DNA of 63,893 nucleotides, filler included, from Welwitschia mirabilis (taxonomy: Eukaryota): assembly GCA_051453625.1 (NCBI GenBank). It is 6 parts of one record of this genome, joined end to end, with 100 filler letters (N's around TTAATTAATTAA, not from the genome) between each part and the next. Parts side by side here need not be neighbours in the genome. Positions count along the whole stretch, not along the records: positions 1 to 28,004 come from JBOZIK010000001.1; positions 28,105 to 36,232 come from JBOZIK010000001.1; positions 36,333 to 43,750 come from JBOZIK010000001.1; 3 more parts are not named here. One strand, given 5' to 3'. Made by a program: the position numbers and the translations under genes. Position 1 is the stretch's first letter. Every line of letters starts with the position of its first letter. Shown here in pieces: positions 25,604 to 38,130 of this stretch. A model generated the notes under the pieces. It saw only the letters and a program-made list of their open reading frames with translations, did not search any database and was not told the origin of the DNA.

Positions 25604-28004
25604 TAATGTAAAAGCCAACAAGATAATATCTAAATTTGTTTGATGAACATAATAGAAGCACTTGTCTTTGATTTTTCTCCTATATTGTCTACATTTTTCC
25701 TTAGCTGACTCTTTAGTTAACATCATACTATCACTTGAACAACTTTAACTTAATTAGTATTTTACTTTATAAGGTTACCATGACTAATAATCTTCTACTT
25801 AGGCATTTCAAAGTGATAAGATTGGATTCAACTAATCTTAAGACATTAGTATGTATATGAACTTTATTTCAAAGGAAGATTTCTTGGTTCTTTTATTCTC
25901 TCTTAATGGTATGAGTTTTTAGTTCTTTGGATGTTTTCTTTTTTATTTCTCACCTCATTACTTCACCCTTATTCTTACGAGTACTTAATGATGTGGAATT
26001 TAATCCTTTACTTGTAAAACAAATGAAAAGAAAAAATANNNNNNNNNNNNNNNNNNNNNNNNNNNATAACCATGATCTTTTATATCTAAAGTTAAAAAAT
26101 GATCATCATGATGTCCTACCACAAGTGCATTAGGGCAAATTTTCCTAAGAAGGGCTTTTAGCAATAAGATATGGTAGCTAAGGAAACTCCACTAGTGAGT
26201 TAGTTGGTTATGCTTTATGGATTCTTATGTCTTTGATAGTGGTTGCATTATTCTTATTATAGAAAAATAAATATTATTTTAAGGCTTTGAGGTGAGTGAT
26301 ATCCTTGGTGTTATCAAGGTATTGCTTATTTTCTAGACTCATTGTACATATAGTATTCCCACATGATGATTTTACTTTTTTTCAAATTCTAATATTATTT
26401 TAGAATGTGATTAAGTGAATTAATTTTTAATTAATCTTTAATCTTATCATTAATTAATTAAAAACATTATATATATTTTTTATCATCATAATCATTACCT
26501 ATTCAAGTGGTTCTCTATGAAATTTTTTACATTATGCCATACATCATTAATAAGGTATTTTTATGATTTCTACCTAGGAACTTTACTAGGTTATACTTTT
26601 GGGTAGATAAATAACCTTATTAATGTTTTTAGTTATTTTTTAATTATGTTTTCCTCAGTTGTTTTATTTCGTATTTCGAAGTAATTTTCATAATTTTTCA
26701 ACACAATATTTATGACTTGATCATTCGGTAATTTTCTTATTGTTTTTTTTTTTTATTTTTTTCACTTGGTAGTTTTTATCCATAGGGATTTCTTTTCTTT
26801 TAGCACTTTGATTGATGACATTTCTTTCATTCATGTTGATGCTTTTCAATTTATTTTTTGAATTTTTTGGTACACCCACTTATAAATCTTGAAATACTTA
26901 TTAAGTTTGAGGATTTTTCTTGGCATTACTTTTCTCTTCTTGGTACATTATAATTACTCTTTCAAATATTTTTTCTATTGCCTTGAGTTATTTCTACTTT
27001 TGACTCATTTACCATGATCCTTTAGATGACGATTCTTAGCTTTTACTAATATTTAAAACTTTATGATAAAATTTTTAGCACTAATCGATCCTACTTGAAC
27101 TATACTATTTTTCTAGATCCTTCTTTTTGTGAATGTCATCCCACATCTAATGTTTAGATGATGAGGTAAATGATATAACTCCTCTTAGCTTATTACAAAA
27201 TGAGATGTATTGATTTTACCATAGGGGCATGGGAGAGTAGGATAAATTTATAAGAAATATTTATGATATTTGAGTAAAAAAATTTATTTATGAGGGTTAT
27301 TTTGATCTTTTACAATGCATATATGATGCACTAATTGGTGTATGATTTCATATTACTTGTATGATATTCATTATGGATGTTATTTAGCAGGCCATAATAG
27401 CACAATCATAGGACCTTCTTGCAAGTGTATTTCTAGAAACTCAAGAAACCATAGACAACAATAGTAATATTATGATTATTTTTGATGTATTTACCCCTTG
27501 TAGGTTATATTTAAAACTCACTGATTAATTTATATACATCATTTTTGAGTTATTAATGCTTAACTATGTGTATACATTATCATTTTTTAAACCTATCATT
27601 GTTATATCTTATGATGATTTTTGTGTATGAAATTCAATTTTATCTTGTGATGTATTAAATATCTTAAGTGGTGAGCTAACGAAGATTTTTAGTACTTATA
27701 TTTTTTTGATGATCATGTTCATAAGCACTTGACTCTCATTTTTTTAATAAACCTATCATCCCCATTATTGTCAAAACCACCAATAGGATGCCAGATCTAT
27801 TATGTGTCCTAAAAAGGTGTTACATAGTTAATCAGTTTTTAACATTTGATCCTACATGATGAAGATTTTTAAACCAATTTATATTTTCATAGTTATTATT
27901 TATCTTGGTCAAATTGGTTCATAATTTATAGTTAATCACTTGCTTTATTAGGGAATAAGAAGGCTAAGTGAAGGGATATGTTTTAATTTGTATGTATTTA
28001 AATG
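25604..28004 (+). mobile_element. Family A 3' non-coding region, PPT (AAGGCTAAGTGAAGGGATA) and first bases of the LTR (~27979)
   Basis: Homologous to 32265-33733 and, inverted, to 48621-50560 and 56810-58922 (e.g. CATGATGTCCTA....AGTGCA..AGGGCAAATTTTCCTAAGA). Confidence 0.8.
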
Positions 28005-28104
28005 NNNNNNNNNNNNNNNNNNNNNNNNNNNNNNNNNNNNNNNNNNNNTTAATTAATTAANNNNNNNNNNNNNNNNNNNNNNNNNNNNNNNNNNNNNNNN
28101 NNNN
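28005..28104. other. Artificial scaffold linker 44N-TTAATTAATTAA-44N
   Basis: Exact 100-bp construct seen five times in the window. The 12-mer places stops in all six frames. Confidence 0.97.
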
Positions 28105-28259
28105 ATTTATATCTTAATAATTATGCTTGAGCTATGCTTTCTTTGTTTACCTTCTTTGCACAAATCCATAGAGATTATCATGTGAGCATGAAAGAAATGT
28201 TTTTAGGATTTGCATATCTCTAGGTATGTTTTAGTTTCTTTAAACTTTTCAATGCTAGG

Positions 28260-29527
28260 ATCATATATGCTATATCTAATAGTGAATGGATTATCCCTTT
28301 AATAGTAGCTTTAAATAAGAGGGGACATGAAGAATGTGCATTAATTTTAAAAGAATTAATGAGGTCACTAAATGGATTATTACCCTTTACCCTTTCTTGG
28401 TCAAGTACTTAATAGAATTCAAGTTCATGCCTACTACTATTTTCTTTATAGGTATAGTAGTTATAATTAAATTTGCATAGCAATCAAGGACTAAGCCAAA
28501 ACAACCTTGATGTCATCCTTTAAAACCTTTACCTTTAGATGAATGCCATTTGGACTTTGCAATGCCCCTTGAACCTTTTAAGCTTATGATGGAGATCTTT
28601 TTTGACATGATAGATGACTCTATTAAAATTTTTGTGGATGACTTCTCCATCTTTAATGAAACTTTTTAATAAATCATAGAAAGATTAAAGAAATTTTTAA
28701 ATTAATGTATAAAGAGTGGCTTACATTTGAGTTGAGAAAAAAACATTTTCTCCTTATTAACCATGAAATTATTTTAGGACATCACATTTTGAAGGAAAGA
28801 ATTAGAATAAACCCTATCAAATTTTATATCATTAAAAATCGTAGCCCTCTAACTAATGTCAAACAAGTTATATTATTCCTTAATCATGTTAGTTTCTATC
28901 ATCATTTTATTCATGATTATGAAAAAATATGTAAACCACTTTACTTATTACTTGAAAAAGATGCTAAATTTGATTTCAATGATTCATATCAAATTCTATT
29001 TAAAAATATTAAGAACAACATTTCTTCTAAACCTATTATCAAGAGTCCTGATTGGAATAAGGATTTTGAACTTACATGGGATGCAAGCAACATTATTGTT
29101 GATGGGGTTCTTGGTTAAAAACATGAAAATGATTTTAAAGTCATATCCTATCTTAGTAAAACTCTGTCACAAGCTCAATCTAGCTACATTACTATTAAGA
29201 GATAAATGCTTCTCATCATCTTTTACCTTGATCATCTTTAACATTATCTTCTTAGTTTTCATAATAATGTTTTCATAGATCATGCAACTATCTGCTATCT
29301 TATGAATAAGAAATATTTTAGTGCCATACTGATTAGGTGGATCATTCTCATGCAAGAATTTAATCTCATCATCATTGATAAAGCTAAAAGACATAATAGT
29401 GCTGTCGATCATCTATCTTGACTTTCTTGTTTTCATGATGAACTTCTCACAAATGACTCTTTTCCAGATGAATAAGCAATTGTATGTTGTCTCCTCTACT
29501 CATCCTACTTCTAGGTATGCTAATATT
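28260..29527 (+). pseudogene. Ty3/gypsy reverse transcriptase and RNase H relic
   Basis: SEWIIPL...RMCINFKRIN...YPLPFLGQVLNRI...FR*MPFGLCNAP*TF...FVDDFSI (FVDD at 28631-28642). RNase H part: PDWNKDFELTWDASN...VLG*K...ISYLSKTL..AQ..Y...DHATICYLMNKK...LIRWIILMQEFNL...AVDHLS. Confidence 0.95.
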
Positions 29528-30456
29528 NNNNNNNNNNNNNNNNNNNNNNNNNNNNNNNNNNNNNNNNNNNNNNNNNNNNNNNNNNNNNNNNNNNNNNNNN
29601 NNNNNNNNNNNNNNNNNNNNNNNNNNNNNNNNNNNNNNNNNNNNNNNNNNNNNNNNNNNNNNNNNNNNNNNNNNNNNNNNNNNNNNNNNNNNNNNNNNNN
29701 NNNNNNNNNNNNNNNNNNNNNNNNNNNNNNNNNNNNNNNNNNNNNNNNNNNNNNNNNNNNNNNNNNNNNNNNNNNNNNNNNNNNNNNNNNNNNNNNNNNN
29801 NNNNNNNNNNNNNNNNNNNNNNNNNNNNNNNNNNNNNNNNNNNNNNNNNNNNNNNNNNNNNNNNNNNNNNNNNNNNNNNNNNNNNNNNNNNNNNNNNNNN
29901 NNNNNNNNNNNNNNNNNNNNNNNNNNNNNNNNNNNNNNNNNNNNNNNNNNNNNNNNNNNNNNNNNNNNNNNNNNNNNNNNNNNNNNNNNNNNNNNNNNNN
30001 NNNNNNNNNNNNNNNNNNNNNNNNNNNNNNNNNNNNNNNNNNNNNNNNNNNNNNNNNNNNNNNNNNNNNNNNNNNNNNNNNNNNNNNNNNNNNNNNNNNN
30101 NNNNNNNNNNNNNNNNNNNNNNNNNNNNNNNNNNNNNNNNNNNNNNNNNNNNNNNNNNNNNNNNNNNNNNNNNNNNNNNNNNNNNNNNNNNNNNNNNNNN
30201 NNNNNNNNNNNNNNNNNNNNNNNNNNNNNNNNNNNNNNNNNNNNNNNNNNNNNNNNNNNNNNNNNNNNNNNNNNNNNNNNNNNNNNNNNNNNNNNNNNNN
30301 NNNNNNNNNNNNNNNNNNNNNNNNNNNNNNNNNNNNNNNNNNNNNNNNNNNNNNNNNNNNNNNNNNNNNNNNNNNNNNNNNNNNNNNNNNNNNNNNNNNN
30401 NNNNNNNNNNNNNNNNNNNNNNNNNNNNNNNNNNNNNNNNNNNNNNNNNNNNNNNN

Positions 30457-31279
30457 GTTATATTTTAATAGCCATTATTCCTATAACCAAAAATGATGCC
30501 CAAACCATTAGTAATTTTGTTTAAACTCATATTTTTCATCATTTTTAAGGAATTATCATTAGTGATTAGAGAACACATTTCATTAACTACCTTTTTCAAA
30601 AACGCCTTTTATCCATTGGTATTGAACATAGAATTTCATGTGCTTCTCATTCTCAAACTAATGACTAAGCCAAAAATGTAAATAGAAAAATAAAAAACAT
30701 GCTTCAAAAATTAATCTTTGTTAATAGGAAAAAAAGGATCCTCTAAACTTAATGATGTTCTTTAGGATTACTATAATACTTGGAATAACTCTCTAGGTTT
30801 CTCACCATATGAACTTGTGTAAAAAAAAGTTTATGTCTTATTAGTTAATGTTTGTTATAACTTCTATATATTCATCTATCAACCTAATCTTGTAAACTTA
30901 AATGAAAATCTTAGAACTCGATTAGCCCAACGTGCCTATTTAGATGAAAAACATGTTCATGCCTTACATCATCAACTCATCCATAAAGCCCAAGTCAAGT
31001 TTAGACATGACTAAAAGATTATGCATAAATAATTTGTACTAGGTTAACTTGTTCTTTTATATATCACTTGAGGACACCTTTTACCAACAAGTTAACTTTT
31101 AAATGGTTATGTTCTTATCTTATAGAAAATGTACATTCAAATGTCTTAGTTGAAATCTTCGATCCAAATACACAAAAAATTTAAAAAGTTAATGAACAAA
31201 GGTTAATAATTTATGATTCATTTGCTAATAAAACCTTGAACATGATAGAAGCACTTGTCTCAGAAGTCCCCCTCAATGA
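30457..31279 (+). pseudogene. Ty3/gypsy integrase relic
   Basis: AIIPITKNDAQTISNFV, GIEHRISCASHSQTND*AKNVNRKIKNML, LGFSPYELV, ALHHQLIHKAQVKFRHD and KVNEQRL. Homologous to 1-745. Confidence 0.9.
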
Positions 31280-33733
31280 NNNNNNNNNNNNNNNNNNNNN
31301 NNNNNNNNNNNNNNNNNNNNNNNNNNNNNNNNNNNNNNNNNNNNNNNNNNNNNNNNNNNNNNNNNNNNNNNNNNNNNNNNNNNNNNNNNNNNNNNNNNNN
31401 NNNNNNNNNNNNNNNNNNNNNNNNNNNNNNNNNNNNNNNNNNNNNNNNNNNNNNNNNNNNNNNNNNNNNNNNNNNNNNNNNNNNNNNNNNNNNNNNNNNN
31501 NNNNNNNNNNNNNNNNNNNNNNNNNNNNNNNNNNNNNNNNNNNNNNNNNNNNNNNNNNNNNNNNNNNNNNNNNNNNNNNNNNNNNNNNNNNNNNNNNNNN
31601 NNNNNNNNNNNNNNNNNNNNNNNNNNNNNNNNNNNNNNNNNNNNNNNNNNNNNNNNNNNNNNNNNNNNNNNNNNNNNNNNNNNNNNNNNNNNNNNNNNNN
31701 NNNNNNNNNNNNNNNNNNNNNNNNNNNNNNNNNNNNNNNNNNNNNNNNNNNNNNNNNNNNNNNNNNNNNNNNNNNNNNNNNNNNNNNNNNNNNNNNNNNN
31801 NNNNNNNNNNNNNNNNNNNNNNNNNNNNNNNNNNNNNNNNNNNNNNNNNNNNNNNNNNNNNNNNNNNNNNNNNNNNNNNNNNNNNNNNNNNNNNNNNNNN
31901 NNNNNNNNNNNNNNNNNNNNNNNNNNNNNNNNNNNNNNNNNNNNNNNNNNNNNNNNNNNNNNNNNNNNNNNNNNNNNNNNNNNNNNNNNNNNNNNNNNNN
32001 NNNNNNNNNNNNNNNNNNNNNNNNNNNNNNNNNNNNNNNNNNNNNNNNNNNNNNNNNNNNNNNNNNNNNNNNNNNNNNNNNNNNNNNNNNNNNNNNNNNN
32101 NNNNNNNNNNNNNNNNNNNNNNNNNNNNNNNNNNNNNNNNNNNNNNNNNNNNNNNNNNNNNNNNNNNNNNNNNNNNNNNNNNNNNNNNNNNNNNNNNNNN
32201 NNNNNNNNNNNNNNNNNNNNNNNNNNNNNNNNNNNNNNNNNNNNNNNNNNNNNNNNNNNNNNNNTAGTAATGTCCTTAATGTTATTAGAGGCATTAATTA
32301 TTTTCTAGAGTTAATTTATTCATTTATAATACTTCCACATGATCACTCTAGTTTTTTGGATTCTAGTGTTATTTTGAGATAATAAATTGTAAGTTCCTGT
32401 TTTAATAGATTTTTATCTTATTATTCATTATTTGATAACATTAGATATACTTGACATTGTCATAATAATTGCCTATAGGAGTGGTACTTTATGAGTTTCT
32501 ACATACTATCATGCATTTTTGATCACATGATTTTATGATTGCTATAAAGGAATTTGTCAAGTTAGAATTTAGGTAAGTAAGTAATCTTCTTTATATTTAT
32601 AGTTGTTCATTTTCATTTTGTTTTTATTTGACTATTTTATTGGATTTTTAAAAGTAATTTCCCTTGCTTTTTTATCATAATATTATGTATTTAAGCATTT
32701 TGTAATTTCTTCTTGATGTTTTTCCATAATTTTTATAGAGGATTGTTGTTCTCTTTTTAACAGGATACCATGATCTGATGAGTTCTAGTTCTTCTTTTTT
32801 CATGATTTTGGGCATATTTGAGGAGTCTTTGAACATTACTTCTTTCTATTTATGACATTTTCTTTATTTCTATAAATATCTTTTTACCATGGTCATGTTT
32901 TTTAGGATAATTTTTTTTAATTTCTACCTTCTCTCTACTTTTTTTGCTAAATTTTGTTTGCTTGTTTATTTTTTAGAATTTTTCTATTTTTCATCTCTTC
33001 CTAAATAACTTTTCTGCTCACTGTCGTTCCATGTCTGTCATTTACATGATAGCTAAGATAACACTTCTCCTTTTCACTTTGTATAACCCAGGACATTTTG
33101 CTTCACCTATGGAAGTGACAGGACACCTTTCTGAGCATGCCTCAATGATATTGAGTAGAAATTTTTAAAAATCAAAGGGATCATATTTTAAGCTTTTACA
33201 ATGCATATCTATGATAAGCTATTTAGATATAATTTCATATTACTTAAATAAAATTCATGGACTTTATCTTTCAGAAGTATAAGTAGCACACTCGCAAAGC
33301 TTTCTTATAGCTATGTTTTAGATCATCTAAAGGAGAAATAATGATATATTTACTCTTGTATTTTTTCTTTGTTAATTATACTAAGATGCATCATTATTTA
33401 GAGATTAGCACTACTAAAGTTTATCACAATAGTCCAATATCTTTATCTCACATTATGGATACACATTATCATTTTCTAAGTTATCAGGGTAATATTCTAT
33501 AGTTTTCTATATGTTTATGACATTCATTCATTCTATAGTGATGTGTTTAAGTAGGTAACTTATGAATATACTAGTATGTGTATTAGTTAATTAGTTTTTG
33601 ATATCTATTCTTACATGATTAAATTGAACTCAAACTACATTTTTTTAGTTGTTGTTTATCTTATTTAAATTAACTCGTAATATANNNNNNNNNNTTCCTT
33701 TATTAGGAACTAATAAGACTAAGTAGGGAGCTA

Positions 33734-34915
33734 TGTTGCAATGCTAATTTATAGGAATTTGATAATGCATTTTGAGTGCTTTTGTAGGATTTTTATACAA
33801 GTTTGATTGTAATACTAATGATTATGGAGAACAAATAAGATGATCTCTAAAACATGTGATTCTTAGCAAATTTGGAGGTTCTCAGGCTTATTCTGATACT
33901 TCATACTTTGAAAGATTAATGTACTATCCAAACTGCTAATTTATCTCTGAAATTGAAGATAAGAAAGTGTATCATTCCATTTTTCATCTCCATGATAAGT
34001 AGGATGATAGCACTGCTGACATGGATAAAGGCTGTGGGGTTGACAGCAGGGCTTGAAGTTGATGAAGCACATTTTTATGTAGAGTGATATCCCCTCTATC
34101 ATCAGTATAATAGTTAAGACAATAGCTATTTTCTATGATAGAAAGAAGTATCTTTGTAATGGGGTCATGCAAACCATTTAGGCTGCTAGGATTTCTTCTC
34201 TAACTTCTATAGTTATGCTTCTAGAACTTTAATGTAAAACTATAAATACCCTTCCTTTACTTCACTTTTATCTTCATCTTTTGTACCCAATGTTCTTGTG
34301 ATGGAAGACTAAAGGATAAGAGGACATTCTAATAGCTACTAAGAGAAGTTACCCTTGGTGTTAGCTGAGTATCCTCCATTGAGGAGATACTACTTTATTG
34401 TAAGTGGATGTAAAAGTTCTATGATTAATTCAAATACTGTTTTCACTACAATTATGTTTATGTCCCTTATGGTTTAAGTTGATTAGAGTTTAGTAACAAT
34501 TCTATAATTTATTTAGATCATAAGGCAACCATTTTTAAGGTTGATGCTATTATTTTATATTTTCATTGCTATTTTATTTNNNNNNNNNNAATAAGTAATA
34601 AATTCTTCTTAAATAATTTGAATTATAGAGAACTAGCTCTTGTGATAGAAAAATTAGGATTCAAATAGAATACATTTCATCTCCATTCTCATCCATTGCA
34701 TTACATTTTATATTATTATTTACTTTCATTTATTTAAAGATAAAAGATCAAAAATACTTTTGGAAATTAATTCTCTAACTCTAAGTCTAGTGCCATCATT
34801 GGGATTACGACATTCAATTAACTTTTATTTATACTAGTGTGTGTTTTTTTGCAAGTAATTTAATTTATAAGTTTGCCTAAAGAACTTAAGGATTACATAA
34901 ATACACACTGCACTA
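33734..34915 (+). repeat. Family A 3' LTR
   Basis: Starts TGTTGCAATGC directly after the PPT and ends CACACTGCACTA (degenerate ...CAACA). Reverse-complement homolog of 55454-56809. Confidence 0.85.
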
Positions 34916-35742
34916 CTATTATTGATCTAATTTAATTATAAGAATTTATAATCATCTCATATCAACTACAAAGGAATTTACTGTATTTTTATTATTAACA
35001 AAATTGCAAAATGAACAAGAATGCATACATAATTAAGCTAACTAGTCTAGTTTTAAAAATAAGTGATAAGATGAAATATTCATAAAGAAGCATTATGTAC
35101 AATTTTATTTAATAATGTGTTATTCTTATCTTTTATTTGACTAATTAAATTCACATTGAAACTAATAGTCATGAATAACTTAGACATCCTTTTTACACAA
35201 CATTTAATACTTACTAAACTTAGTGTTTTACAATTTTTAATTTTCTAAAAATGCACTTTCTTCTTTATTTTGAGATGGTAATGGTTTTATCGTGCTTCAG
35301 CATACCTATCAATTGGGAAAAATATTAAGCACCATTGTTGTTTAGTATTAGTTTCATACTAGCTTCATTGTATTTATTAGTATGCCATTATGGATCTCTA
35401 GATTTCTTACATCTAGAATTCTATGATCTTTAGCAGTGAAACTTGAGTAAAAGGCTATGTAATTGAAGATTCAGAAATGTCTCAGCAAATGGACAAAGAT
35501 GAAACTTAAGGACATCCAAAAAATGAAGTAATGCCTACTCCCCACATCTTAAATCCAAGAAAGATAAAAGGATAAATACATGTCTTCACAAAAAACTAAT
35601 GATTTACATAAGTTAATAATTTCTAGGAGAGTCAAATATAGANNNNNNNNNNNNNNNNNNNNNNNNNNNNNNNNNNNNNNNNNNNNNNNNNNNNNNNNNN
35701 NNNNNNNNNNNNNNNNNNNNNNNNNNNNNNNNNNNNNNNNNN

Positions 35743-36232
35743 AGCTAAGAAGGTGAGAGTTATACTAATACATAATAAGCATATGAACTTATCCCTACTA
35801 GGCCTACTATGAAATGGAGAATGTATATATATTATAGAAAAGTTAATGTTGTGACCAAAAAGAAGCATTTTCCTTTGCCACTTTCTAATCAAATACTTGA
35901 GCAATTAGCTAGTCATCCCTTTTACTACATCTTAAATGGATATTTAGGTTACAATCAGATTTAACTTAGCCTTAAGAACTAAGAGAAATGTACTTTCACT
36001 TGTCCCTATGGATCTTTTCATATAAATGAATGTATTTTGGACTTTGTAATGCATCATCCATCTTTCAACATTGTATGTTTGAAATTTTTTCGAATTCTTA
36101 GAAACTTGTGTTGAAATCTTTCTTAATGATTTTTTAGTATATGGAATCTTTTTTGAGAAATTATCTTATAAATCTTAAGTTTGTTCTTATAGATGCACTG
36201 AGAAATGTTGAGTCTTAAGTTGAGACAAGTGC
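35743..36232 (+). pseudogene. Canonical Athila reverse transcriptase relic
   Basis: ELIPTRPTMKWRMYIYYRKVNVVTKKKHFPLP..NQILEQLASHPFYYILNGYLGYNQI...EKCTFTCPYGSF...FGLCNA...FLNDF. Contains the Athila ELIPTR insert (35785-35802). Confidence 0.93.
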
Positions 36233-36332
36233 NNNNNNNNNNNNNNNNNNNNNNNNNNNNNNNNNNNNNNNNNNNNTTAATTAATTAANNNNNNNNNNNN
36301 NNNNNNNNNNNNNNNNNNNNNNNNNNNNNNNN
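36233..36332. other. Artificial scaffold linker
   Basis: 44N-TTAATTAATTAA-44N. Confidence 0.97.
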
Positions 36333-36688
36333 GAAAGATGAAAAAAAAGAGGATATTGAAATCTTAGAAAATCATAACTTCCCTTCTTCTCTAAGTAATA
36401 ATCTTAATAAGAAAAACTCTTCACAAGATAAAGGAAATAAACCTGCTACCCCTTGGCTTAATAGATTAAATACTAATCCTATCTTTCATGATTATCTAAA
36501 ATCCTTAATAGAAAATGTAAGCATAAATTTATCATTTTAAAAACTCTTGAAAGAAAATCCTAAATAGTATAAGTTATGGGAAGACCTAATTAGAAGAAAA
36601 CAAAAATTAACCATATCTAGTAAGTCTTCCTAGCCTAATTTATAACTAATTTAGTTTTGCAAAAATGTCTAAAATTTAAGGATCATGG
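36333..36688 (+). pseudogene. Athila gag-protease linker relic
   Basis: VSINLSF*KLLKENPK*YKLWEDLIRRK...LQKCLKFKDHG resembles Athila INIP..EAL...P.Y.KF.KDL...K...KLKDPG, found just before the protease. Confidence 0.65.
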
Positions 36689-37123
36689 NNNNNNNNNNNN
36701 NNNNNNNNNNNNNNNNNNNNNNNNNNNNNNNNNNNNNNNNNNNNNNNNNNNNNNNNNNNNNNNNNNNNNNNNNNNNNNNNNNNNNNNNNNNNNNNNNNNN
36801 NNNNNNNNNNNNNNNNNNNNNNNNNNNNNNNNNNNNNNNNNNNNNNNNNNNNNNNNNNNNNNNNNNNNNNNNNNNNNNNNNNNNNNNNNNNNNNNNNNNN
36901 NNNNNNNNNNNNNNNNNNNNNNNNNNNNNNNNNNNNNNNNNNNNNNNNNNNNNNNNNNNNNNNNNNNNNNNNNNNNNNNNNNNNNNNNNNNNNNNNNNNN
37001 NNNNNNNNNNNNNNNNNNNNNNNNNNNNNNNNNNNNNNNNNNNNNNNNNNNNNNNNNNNNNNNNNNNNNNNNNNNNTAGAGTTCATTCTTTTATTATCCA
37101 AAATAGATTTATAAGCCTAATCT

Positions 37124-37575
37124 TGAAGGATCGAGAATCCTAGAGGGGGAGGGGGAGTGAATAGATTCTTTCAAAAACTTATGCACAAATCTAAAAATAA
37201 GTCTATCTAAATCACAGCTTACATTTAAAAATAACTAAATCAAAAATGTGCATATGATAGTGAAAAACTAAAAGTAAAGAATCAAAAAATAAAATGCATA
37301 AGCTATCAAATTTGATGCACATCAAATTTATAGTGGTTCAGAAACTTCCCTACTCCACTCTCGATGATCAGCTTCTCTCAAATTGATCTTGAATATCTAT
37401 TGCTCCACAGGTTTTTCCAGGTTCACCTGTAACCCCTACAAGTAGACTTTTATAGGCTAAGTTTCAACTTTAACAACAAGCTTTTACAGGCTAAGTCTTA
37501 ACCTTTATAATAGACTTTTGCAGGCTAAGTCTCAACCTTCACAATAGACTTTTGTAGGATAAGTCTCAATCTCTT
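37124..37575 (-). mobile_element. Sirevirus (copia SIRE/Maximus)-type LTR 3' end, reverse orientation
   Basis: TGAAGGATCGAGAATCCTAGAGGGGGAGGGGGAGTGAATAG is the reverse complement of the Sirevirus C-rich LTR end ATTCACCCCC..CTCTAG...TCA. TTTATAGTGGTTC and CCTACTCCAC follow. No adjacent PBS. Confidence 0.75.
37443..37574. repeat. 34-bp tandem repeat, about 4 units (TAGACTTTTRYAGGCTAAGTCTCAACCTTYAYAA)
   Basis: Units start at 37443, 37477, 37511 and 37545, head-to-tail with no spacers. Confidence 0.9.
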
Positions 37576-38130
37576 TAAGCAATGGATGTGATGTAAGGAT
37601 GTCTTGATCACTCAGATATCACATGTTCTATAGCAGTACAATGAATGGAGCTCTACTCCAATAATCATAATGATAAAGCTCTTAGAGGAAGAAATTTCAT
37701 TGATGAACTAAGAAAATCTTAAGAGAAGGCAAATTCAAACATTGAAAATTTAGTGAGTGTTATTTAAAAAACTATGCCACTAAAAAATATCTAGATAATA
37801 ACTGGAATGTAGAGGAAGAAATTAAGCCAACATTATTTTTACAACATTGTCCACTTAAAGAGAGATGGTTAATACTTCATGAGCCTATCTTATATGATGA
37901 TTCACTTGNNNNNNNNNNNNNNNNNNNNNNNNNNNNNNNNNNNNNNNNNNNNNNNNNNNNNNNNNNNNNNNNNNNNNNNNNNNNNNNNNNNNNNNNNNNN
38001 NNNNNNNNNNNNNNNNNNNNNNNNNNNNNNNNNNNNNNNNNNNNNNNNNNNNNNNNNNNNNNNNNNNNNNNNNNNNNNNNNNNNNNNNNNNNNNNNNNNN
38101 NNNNNNNNNNNNNNNNNNNNNNNNNNNNNN

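Larger units (their letters stand above)
28105..34915 (+). mobile_element. Family A Athila-lineage element, 3' portion: RT-RNase H-integrase, 3' non-coding region, PPT, 3' LTR
   Basis: Gypsy domain order RT-RH-INT, then the family A 3' region, PPT AAGTAGGGAGCTA and LTR. Continuity across two ~1-kb gaps is assumed. Confidence 0.8.

Noticed and set aside
28049..28060. TTAATTAATTAA palindrome as a biological motif (PacI or piggyBac-type site)
   Set aside because: Always centred in exactly 44+44 Ns, so it is an assembly linker.
28705..29118. 137-aa ORF as a functional gene
   Set aside because: It is only a stop-free fragment of a decayed RT/RNase H, flanked by in-frame stops and frameshifts.
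37443..37574. 34-bp repeats as a CRISPR array
   Set aside because: Units are head-to-tail with no unique spacers, there are no cas genes, and the context is a eukaryotic LTR.
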